Shown one piece after another: positions 25,354 through 31,654 of a DNA stretch of 31,654 bases. Made by a program: the position numbers and the translations under genes. Location: UHGV virus genome UHGV-1544975. The stretch is one strand, 5' to 3'. The notes under the pieces were generated by a model. It was given only the letters and a program-made list of their open reading frames with translations. It was not told the DNA's origin and ran no database searches. The stretch is from a virus. Positions within the stretch are counted from its first letter, which is position 1. Each line of letters starts with the position of its first letter.

Positions 25354-25584
25354 TCATGAGTAGAAGAAGTATGCCAGTTCTGCTTTTGAGCGCAGCCATT
25401 GTCTTGTTTTACAGGCTTTAAAAAGCCCATTCATCAATACTTTACCTGGCATTTTGCGCTTACCTGTTAAGTGAGTCTGGATATAGTGACTCGTCGTTCC
25501 GGCTTCCTGTGCGAAGGCTTCACGCTCATCCGGAGTAAGTGCAAGCCAGTGCTTTTTGAAATCGAAATGTCCGTTATCGCTCAT
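25354..25584 (-). CDS. Cro-like small HTH regulator (76 aa)
   Basis: First gene of the minus-strand replication operon, divergent from the repressor-like gene; helix-turn-helix-like segment. Confidence 0.45.
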   Translation of the reverse strand: MSDNGHFDFKKHWLALTPDEREAFAQEAGTTSHYIQTHLTGKRKMPGKVLMNGLFKACKTRQWLRSKAELAYFFYS

Positions 25585-25738
25585 AGCTATTGCCTGATAT
25601 TTATTTCAGATAATAAATATTCACCCATAAGGTAACAAAAATCAAGGATAGTTACCTATGGGGTGCATTTACCTGTTGGGTAATATTGCTTTAAATTGAA
25701 TCATCTACTGATTCATATATGAGGCGATTTTCCAGAAA
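25585..25738. promoter_or_regulatory. Immunity switch intergenic region with divergent promoters and operators
   Basis: AT-rich inverted repeat ATATTTATT-N6-AATAAATAT (25597..25620); half-sites GGTAAC (25631..25636) and GTTACC (25651..25656); palindrome TTTACC-TGTTG-GGTAAT (25668..25684); possible minus-strand promoter TTGTTA-17-TATTAT. Confidence 0.55.
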
Positions 25739-26323
25739 ATGAAAAGTATCCAGGACGTCCGCAGGCAAAATCTCAACGACTTGATCGACCGTGAATTCAA
25801 TGGTGTTCAGACGCGGATGGCAGAAAAACTTGGAACTCAGGCAAATCTGGTAAACCGCTGGGCTCTTGGCAAGAAGGTTATCGGCGACCAGGTTGCACGA
25901 AAAATTGAAGCTGCCGCCAATAAACCCCGTAACTGGCTTGATATTGATCGTTCGCTTTCTCAGGAGGGTTTTCAGCCTGTCGGACCAAGCGACATTGGTC
26001 AACTGGCGGCTCACAACCTGGAACGCTGGATGAGCGAAAGCCGCGACCTTTCAACACAGGGAAAACTTCACCGCGCATCCGGCGTAGCCCAGGTGACAAT
26101 CAGCCGCCTGTTAAACAATGAGGTCAGCGTTTCCATTTCCACCCTGGAGAATGTTGCATCCGCATTCGGGCGTCATGGCTATGAATTACTGATTCACCCG
26201 CACGACCCTGCGACCATCAACTATGATCGCTCGCGCTACGCATTGTTACCCGAAACCGAGAAAGCAAAGATCGAAAGTTACATTGAATTTGTCATCAACC
26301 AGAACGAAAAAAGCAAACAATAA
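25739..26323 (+). CDS. Repressor-like protein with two HTH domains (194 aa), no S24 peptidase domain
   Basis: N-terminal and central segments both look HTH-like; divergent from the Cro-like gene; followed by a terminator. Confidence 0.5.
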   Translation: MKSIQDVRRQNLNDLIDREFNGVQTRMAEKLGTQANLVNRWALGKKVIGDQVARKIEAAANKPRNWLDIDRSLSQEGFQPVGPSDIGQLAAHNLERWMSESRDLSTQGKLHRASGVAQVTISRLLNNEVSVSISTLENVASAFGRHGYELLIHPHDPATINYDRSRYALLPETEKAKIESYIEFVINQNEKSKQ

Positions 26324-26345
26324 AACCATAGTTTTCAGTAAGTAA

Positions 26346-26370
26346 GCCGCCTCATGGCGGCTTTTTTATT
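26346..26370 (+). terminator. Rho-independent terminator after the repressor-like gene (GCCGCC-TCAT-GGCGGC then TTTTTT)
   Basis: 6-bp GC stem plus 6-T run. Confidence 0.65.
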
Positions 26371-26379
26371 GCCAGATAG

Positions 26380-26458
26380 ATTACCTTACGGGTAATTTTT
26401 TTAACTCATATCTATTGACACCAAACCAAATAAGCATAATTATTACCCCAACGGTAAC
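26380..26458 (+). promoter_or_regulatory. Early-operon promoter flanked by two operator palindromes
   Basis: ATTACC-TTACG-GGTAAT (26380..26396); -35 TTGACA (26415..26420), 17-nt spacer, -10 AATTAT; ATTACC-CCAAC-GGTAAC (26442..26458) over the -10/+1. Confidence 0.5.
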
Positions 26459-26476
26459 AGACCGAGGTAACAAGTT

Positions 26477-26629
26477 ATGCAGTGGAAAATCATCAACGGT
26501 TGGTACTGCGTTACTGCATGCGGATTCATGAGCTGGAAGTTCCGCACCTTACAGGAAGGCATTAAGTGGGCTTTCGTCAGCAAAGAAGCTCGCGATGTGG
26601 CCAACGATAACGAGATATGGGAGGGCTGA
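26477..26629 (+). CDS. Small protein (50 aa), first gene of the early operon
   Basis: Hand-translated ATG..TGA with GAGG RBS; below track cutoff; stop 2 nt before the next start. Confidence 0.35.
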   Translation: MQWKIINGWYCVTACGFMSWKFRTLQEGIKWAFVSKEARDVANDNEIWEG

Positions 26630-26631
26630 TA

Positions 26632-26931
26632 ATGAACGTTAATCAGCAGAAAAATCTTCAAAAAATCATGCTGGCATTCGACAAGGACTACCGCCTGTCA
26701 GAACAGCTATATGACCGACAAGTTGAACTGATTGAGAGCATCCGACTTCATCAACTGTCCTCAACTTTCGACGTTGTAACAGGCAAAGGCGTTCGTCAGG
26801 AAGTACTGGAGGCTGCTAAAGACAGCCCTGAGTTCGAAGAACTGATGGATGCCTATCGGCGAGAGGCAATGGCAATTATCGCCCGCTGGGATCTGGCGGA
26901 TCAGCTTGATGGGCAGAGGGACGCGGCATGA
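26632..26931 (+). CDS. Hypothetical early protein (99 aa)
   Basis: Internal ATG of track ORF 26617..26931 with GGGAGGG RBS; overlaps the exonuclease start. Confidence 0.45.
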   Translation: MNVNQQKNLQKIMLAFDKDYRLSEQLYDRQVELIESIRLHQLSSTFDVVTGKGVRQEVLEAAKDSPEFEELMDAYRREAMAIIARWDLADQLDGQRDAA

Positions 26932-27827
26932 TGCGGAACGCTGGAATCATGGATAGAACAAAATACATCGGAGGAAGCGATGTTGCAGGGATTCTTGGAA
27001 TTAGCCCATGGCGCACCCCGCTTGAGGTTTATCTGGATAAGGTCCAGCCACGTGTCAAACCAGTAGACCCAAGCAAGCAGAAAGTTTTCACGCGTGGCCA
27101 GCGTATGGAGCCATACGTAATAGACCTGCTTTCTGAGGAAACAGGGATGGAAATCGTTCATCGCGGAAACCGCTATATCCACCGTGATTACGATTTTATT
27201 GCAGCTGAGATCGATGCAGAAGCAGCGTCAGGCGAGAACATTGAGATCAAAACAGTTAGTCCGTTCAAAGCCAAAGAATGGGGAGAAATCCAGACAGATG
27301 CAATTCCTGTGCATTACACGGCCCAGGCCATGCACGGGTTGATGGTTACAAACAAACAGGTATGCGTTTTCGGTGTGCTTATCGGTGGCGACGACTTCCG
27401 AATCTATCGGGTTGAGCGTGATGAAGAAACTATCCAGGCGATCTTAGAAAAAGAAATCGCTTTCTGGGACCGAGTGAAAAATCTTAACCCGCCGGAAGCT
27501 ACCAGCGTAAGCGATGTATCGCTGATGTTTGAGAAAGATGCCGGGACAAGTATCGAGGCTGACGGAAAGGCACTCGCACTATTCAACAATCTACGAGACA
27601 TGAAATCACGCAGAAAATCACTGGAAGAAGAAATAGCTATATCAGAAGAGAAGCTGAAGATGTACATGCAAGAGCACTCAGTCCTGACCCTGGACGGAAA
27701 GCCGCTCTGCACATGGAAATCTCAGATCAGCAACAGATTCGACCAGAAGCTATTCCAGTCAGTACACCCTGAGTTATTCGAAAAATTCAAAACAACAACG
27801 ACACAACGCGTCTTCAGAATGAAGTAA
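26928..27827 (+). CDS. YqaJ-like recombination exonuclease (lambda Exo fold) with C-terminal extension
   Basis: N-terminal GGSDVAGILGISPW and D...E.K-type motif (AEIDAEAASGENIEIK); directly upstream of recT. Confidence 0.75.
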   Translation: MMRNAGIMDRTKYIGGSDVAGILGISPWRTPLEVYLDKVQPRVKPVDPSKQKVFTRGQRMEPYVIDLLSEETGMEIVHRGNRYIHRDYDFIAAEIDAEAASGENIEIKTVSPFKAKEWGEIQTDAIPVHYTAQAMHGLMVTNKQVCVFGVLIGGDDFRIYRVERDEETIQAILEKEIAFWDRVKNLNPPEATSVSDVSLMFEKDAGTSIEADGKALALFNNLRDMKSRRKSLEEEIAISEEKLKMYMQEHSVLTLDGKPLCTWKSQISNRFDQKLFQSVHPELFEKFKTTTTQRVFRMK

Positions 27828-27836
27828 GGAGAAAAA

Positions 27837-28859
27837 ATGTCTATCAATGCACTTAAGGCAGCGGCTACCGGTAACCAAGTTGCACATCATAATGAGAAAC
27901 CAACAACTCTGGCCGGACTTCTGGCAGACCCAAAAATTAAAGCTCAGATGGCTTTGGCACTTCCAAAGCACATGACAGCAGACCGTCTGGCGCGCATAGC
28001 AACCACAGAGATCAGAAAGGTTCCAAAACTTGCATCATGCGACCAAGCCAGCTTCCTGGGGGCAATTATGCAATGTGCCCAATTGGGTCTTGAACCAGGC
28101 GGAGCTCTTGGACACGCTTACCTGATACCGTTCGACAAACGCCAGAAAGTAAATGGAAGATGGGAAACCGTATCTACAGAAGCACAGCTGATTATCGGCT
28201 ATCGCGGAATGATTGACCTTGCCCGCCGCTCTGGGCAGATCCTGAGTATCTCGGCTCGTACCGTACATACAAACGACAAATTCAGCTACTCATACGGCCT
28301 GGAAGAAACGCTCGAGCATTTACCTTGCGAAACAGGTGACAGCGGAGAATTAACGCACGTTTACGCCGTTGCACGACTGAAAGATGGCGGAGTCCAATTT
28401 GAAGTTATGAGCCGGGCAGACGTTGAGAAAGTTCGTGCACTGAGCAAAGCCGGTAGCAGTGGCCCATGGGTTGATCACTTCGATGAGATGGCTAAAAAAA
28501 CAGTAATTCGCCGACTGTTCAAATATCTTCCTGTTTCTATTGAAATGCAGAAGGCTGTTGTTATGGATGAGCGCGCTGAAGCTGGACTTAGCCAAGATAA
28601 CGCAGCTGTTATCACTGGTGAATATTCCGTAGTTGACGATGAGCGTCAACACCTGTCGCCAATTTCAGATTCAGAACGAGAAGAAGCTCGAGAATATATC
28701 ATCGCGATACTTAATAGCCTGGATCCATCTGCTGAAGATGCAAAAACGATGTTCAAGCGCGCTGAAAATGAAATTAACACCATGGCTGAAAAGCTCGGTG
28801 ATGAATATCACCAAAAATTCATGATGACGCTTAACGATATGCGTCCAGAATTCGAGTAA
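27837..28859 (+). CDS. recT: RecT-family single-strand annealing protein
   Basis: Characteristic segments LGLEPGGALGHAYLIPF and KKTVIRRLFKYLP; paired with the exonuclease. Confidence 0.85.
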   Translation: MSINALKAAATGNQVAHHNEKPTTLAGLLADPKIKAQMALALPKHMTADRLARIATTEIRKVPKLASCDQASFLGAIMQCAQLGLEPGGALGHAYLIPFDKRQKVNGRWETVSTEAQLIIGYRGMIDLARRSGQILSISARTVHTNDKFSYSYGLEETLEHLPCETGDSGELTHVYAVARLKDGGVQFEVMSRADVEKVRALSKAGSSGPWVDHFDEMAKKTVIRRLFKYLPVSIEMQKAVVMDERAEAGLSQDNAAVITGEYSVVDDERQHLSPISDSEREEAREYIIAILNSLDPSAEDAKTMFKRAENEINTMAEKLGDEYHQKFMMTLNDMRPEFE

Positions 28860-28908
28860 CCACCACCGCGGCGCCACGTGCGCCGCACTGCAACCAAGAG
28901 AGGTATTC

Positions 28909-29157
28909 ATGAAAGGTGCATTAGGTAAGAAAGAACTCCTGGCGGTGGTGCCACTGTCATGGAGCACTATCGACCGTATGGAGCGCGCAGGGGAATTTCC
29001 TAAACGCTGGTATATCACCGATAAACGCTGCGCATGGAACCGTGATGAAGTTGAGCGTTGGCTTGATGAACGTCAGGCAGCAAGCCCGGCAGAGTTCCAG
29101 GGTAAAAAGCCTCCTGTTCAGCAACGTGTATATCGTCCCGTGAGCAACGCTGCATGA
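28909..29157 (+). CDS. AlpA-like small DNA-binding protein (excisionase/regulator-like)
   Basis: Segment LLAVVPLSWSTIDRMERAGEFPKRWYITDKRCAWNRDEVERWLD fits the AlpA/Xis-type HTH pattern. Confidence 0.55.
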   Translation: MKGALGKKELLAVVPLSWSTIDRMERAGEFPKRWYITDKRCAWNRDEVERWLDERQAASPAEFQGKKPPVQQRVYRPVSNAA

Positions 29158-29266
29158 GTGCGCTGCTAAGGCACTGGAGCAAATGGTCAGGATGGTACTT
29201 ATTCCTGGCCTCTGTTTCAGCATGGCTTTATCTGCTGGCATTAATTTTCAGAGAGGGTTGGATTAA

Positions 29267-29566
29267 GTGAGAAAGTTAAGCCGACTTGAAAAATATCACA
29301 TGAATAAGGTTTCAATGCGCAGTCCGTCAAAGATTGTCGCCGTTACTCCTGCGGCGATAGAGATCGAAAAACGCGCGATTGAAAGAGAGAAAAAAGGGCA
29401 ATTCCGCATTGCCGCTCACCTTTGGCTTCAGTGTATGGATGTTGCTTCTGGTGATGTTGAACGTGCAAGGATCGCGGTTCGCAGGGACCAATGTATCACA
29501 AAAGGTAACGGCCTTCGCCGTGGCGACTATAGCGGTATAGGATGTTGCGGGGTGGTTTATGACTAA
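29267..29566 (+). CDS. Possible PerC/Pch-like (ANR family) transcriptional regulator
   Basis: Segment FRIAAHLWLQCMDVASGDVERARIAVRRDQC resembles my recollection of the PerC core pattern; GTG start per track. Confidence 0.3.
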   Translation: MRKLSRLEKYHMNKVSMRSPSKIVAVTPAAIEIEKRAIEREKKGQFRIAAHLWLQCMDVASGDVERARIAVRRDQCITKGNGLRRGDYSGIGCCGVVYD

Positions 29567-30209
29567 GAAATACACACTAATCTATGCAGATCCACCCTGG
29601 GTATACCGGGACAAAGCCGCAGATGGTAATCGCGGTGCCGGTTTTAAATATCCGGTTATGAGTGTGATGGATATCTGCCGCCTTCCTGTGTGGGATTTGG
29701 CCGATGAAAACTGTCTGTTGGCCATGTGGTGGGTGCCAACACAACCACTCGAAGCACTAAAAGTTGTTGAAGCCTGGGGATTCCGTCTGATGACCATGAA
29801 GGGATTCACGTGGATAAAATGTGGTAGTCGACAACCAGATAAACTGGTTATGGGTATGGGTCACATGACTCGCGCCAATAGTGAAGATTGCCTGTTTGCA
29901 GTAAAGGGAAAACTACCTCCGCGCATTAATGCAGGGATCGTTCAGTCATTTACCGCACCGCGGCTTGAGCATTCAAGAAAACCAGATGTCGTTCGTGAAA
30001 AACTTGTGCAATTGTTAGGCGATGTTTCTCGCATTGAACTGTTCGCCCGCCAGTCGTCTCATGGCTTCGATGTTTGGGGTAATCAGTGCGAAGACCCGGC
30101 AGTGCAACTACACCCTGGATACGCGTTGGATATTGCCAGATTAACAAATGCATTCAGCAATGCTCCGCTGTCACCAACAGACAACCAGGGGCGGGAGCGT
30201 GCAGCATGA
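29559..30209 (+). CDS. MT-A70 family DNA N6-adenine methyltransferase (orphan)
   Basis: Catalytic DPPW motif in IYADPPWVY; no adjacent restriction endonuclease candidate. Confidence 0.8.
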   Translation: MTKKYTLIYADPPWVYRDKAADGNRGAGFKYPVMSVMDICRLPVWDLADENCLLAMWWVPTQPLEALKVVEAWGFRLMTMKGFTWIKCGSRQPDKLVMGMGHMTRANSEDCLFAVKGKLPPRINAGIVQSFTAPRLEHSRKPDVVREKLVQLLGDVSRIELFARQSSHGFDVWGNQCEDPAVQLHPGYALDIARLTNAFSNAPLSPTDNQGRERAA

Positions 30210-30400
30210 ACCGGGCATCACCAGCAGATTTAAGGAAATGCCTTGAAACTGCAAACATGCTTGCACACAGCGGGATCAGGTTTGTTCCAATTCCCGCTGT
30301 CACCGATGCTGAATTTGCAACGCTGTCAGCAATATTCGAAGACAAAATTGAATCACTGGCAGCAGAAGCCGAGATGGAAGAAAATCAGCAGAATAATTAA
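30206..30400 (+). CDS. Hypothetical small protein (64 aa) coupled to the methyltransferase
   Basis: ATG overlaps the methyltransferase TGA (ATGA); track ORF 30086..30400 is the same frame over-extended. Confidence 0.4.
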   Translation: MNRASPADLRKCLETANMLAHSGIRFVPIPAVTDAEFATLSAIFEDKIESLAAEAEMEENQQNN

Positions 30401-30403
30401 ACG

Positions 30404-31654
30404 TTATTCCCCCGCCATCCACTTCTCAAACTTCGACGGGGAGAACGGAATCAGATCCGTATGCTCCCCGTCAATCCAAGAATCAATCATATCGGCCCAC
30501 TGCTGCAACATGTAGGCGCGCTGTCTGGCGTATTCCGCTTTGTTATATACGGCGCGCACACCTTTCTGCTCATGTGCCAGAGCCTTTTCAATCCAGTCTG
30601 AAGGATAACCAGCCTCATGCAACAACGTACTGGCTGTACGGCGCATATCGTGTACGGTGAAGTCCTGAATATGCTCACCATCTTCATTTATTATTTTCAC
30701 CGTTCTGTCGATCAGAGAGTTCAGTGCGGCATTAGATAATGGCTTCCGGAAATTGTAACGACCAGGAACCAGGTATTCACTTCCACCAGCGCACATCTGC
30801 AACCCGACCAATATATCCTGTGCCTGTTTAGGCAGGTAAATAACGTGCGCCCGGCTTCCTTTCATGCGGTCTGAAGGAATTGTCCATGTCCATTTTTTAA
30901 AATCTATTTCATCCCACGTTGCATTGGTGAATTCGCCCTTACGAACCATAGTGATAAGCACCAGTTTTAAAGCCATTTTCATAGTGCCCATAGCACCAAT
31001 GGCATCCAGCGTGCGGAAGAACAGGCCAATTTCTTCTGGTGTCAGTGTTCGCTCTCGTGGTTTAAATATGGCGATAGACGAAGGTTTAATGTCAGCCGCA
31101 GGATTAAACAAACCATGACCACGGTCATTGGCGTGACGGTATACGCTGCTGATGATCTCCCTGGCCTGCACTGCTGTTGCCCGGCCACCGCGTTCGACAA
31201 TCCGGTCACACAAATCACGAACCATCGATGTGGTAATTTCAGCCATCATTTTATTGCCAAGAACCGGAAGTATGTCACGGTCGATCACCGCCTGTTTCAT
31301 TGCGCGGGTACTGTCAGCCAGGATGACGTGTTTCATATAACTGTCGGTATGTACCGCAAACGTCTCGGCACCACGAATCTTTTTGATACCGTCACGTTTA
31401 GCCGCAGCCGGTGACTGGCCTGCTTTAAGCAGCTTCTTTGCAGCAATCAGTTCTTCTCGCGCTTCTGCCAGGCTGATACCGTCACGCCCATACTGCCCGA
31501 TTACCAGCGTTTCGCGGCGACCGTTGATACGGTAGTCGTAGCGAAACGAGACCGTGCCTGACGTAAGCACAGCCACATACAGCCCGTCACGATCGGAAAC
31601 TTTGTACAGTTTGTCCTGTGGCTTGAGGTTTTTTAATTTTGTATCGGTAAGCAC
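30404..31654 (-). CDS. int: Tyrosine integrase, P4-type; start at or just beyond the window edge
   Basis: N-terminal LTDTKLKNLKP...DGLYV arm-binding-type domain; C-terminal catalytic region with HDMRRT and terminal Y; first codon in window is GTG at 31652..31654. Confidence 0.9.
   Translation of the reverse strand: MLTDTKLKNLKPQDKLYKVSDRDGLYVAVLTSGTVSFRYDYRINGRRETLVIGQYGRDGISLAEAREELIAAKKLLKAGQSPAAAKRDGIKKIRGAETFAVHTDSYMKHVILADSTRAMKQAVIDRDILPVLGNKMMAEITTSMVRDLCDRIVERGGRATAVQAREIISSVYRHANDRGHGLFNPAADIKPSSIAIFKPRERTLTPEEIGLFFRTLDAIGAMGTMKMALKLVLITMVRKGEFTNATWDEIDFKKWTWTIPSDRMKGSRAHVIYLPKQAQDILVGLQMCAGGSEYLVPGRYNFRKPLSNAALNSLIDRTVKIINEDGEHIQDFTVHDMRRTASTLLHEAGYPSDWIEKALAHEQKGVRAVYNKAEYARQRAYMLQQWADMIDSWIDGEHTDLIPFSPSKFEKWMAGE

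Larger units (their letters stand above)
1..31654. mobile_element. Temperate phage genome (prophage), mosaic: P4-type integrase, lambda-like replication and recombination genes, T7-like virion module; ends not resolved inside window
   Basis: Contiguous integrase, exo/RecT, O/P, terminase, portal, capsid and tail genes; integrase runs off the right edge, so the att site is probably beyond 31654. Confidence 0.85.

Noticed and set aside
25739-26323. Calling the repressor-like protein a lambda CI orthologue
   Set aside because: No LexA/S24-type C-terminal domain was seen and the operator motif differs from lambda, so only a generic HTH repressor-like call is supported.

Overview
Nearly the whole window is one mosaic temperate phage genome (prophage), probably enterobacterial. 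From right to left: a P4-type tyrosine integrase on the minus strand running off the right edge (30404..31654); a plus-strand early operon (YqaJ-like exonuclease, RecT, AlpA-like regulator, possible PerC-like regulator, MT-A70 adenine methyltransferase); an immunity switch with a divergent Cro-like gene and a double-HTH repressor-like gene (25354..26323); a minus-strand lambda-like replication module (O-like initiator with internal iterons, P-like helicase loader); a cluster of small accessory genes (20153..23272); then a long minus-strand late operon (small and large terminase, portal, scaffold, capsid, T7-like tail adaptor and nozzle, internal virion proteins) ending in two small membrane proteins. 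The late operon is interrupted between terminase and portal by a plus-strand insertion carrying tRNA-Arg(UCU), two terminators and a 98-aa gene resembling DUF2829, the family of the Thoeris anti-defence protein Tad2. Two repeated DNA motifs stand out: a 17-bp palindrome ATTACC-N5-GGTAAT upstream of most transcription units, and a perfect 12-bp palindrome GTGACATGTCAC found three times at module boundaries. No endolysin or Q-like antiterminator is recognisable. All protein calls rest on reading the translations against remembered family features; no database search was run. Coordinates of non-ORF features are hand-counted and may be off by 1-2 nt.
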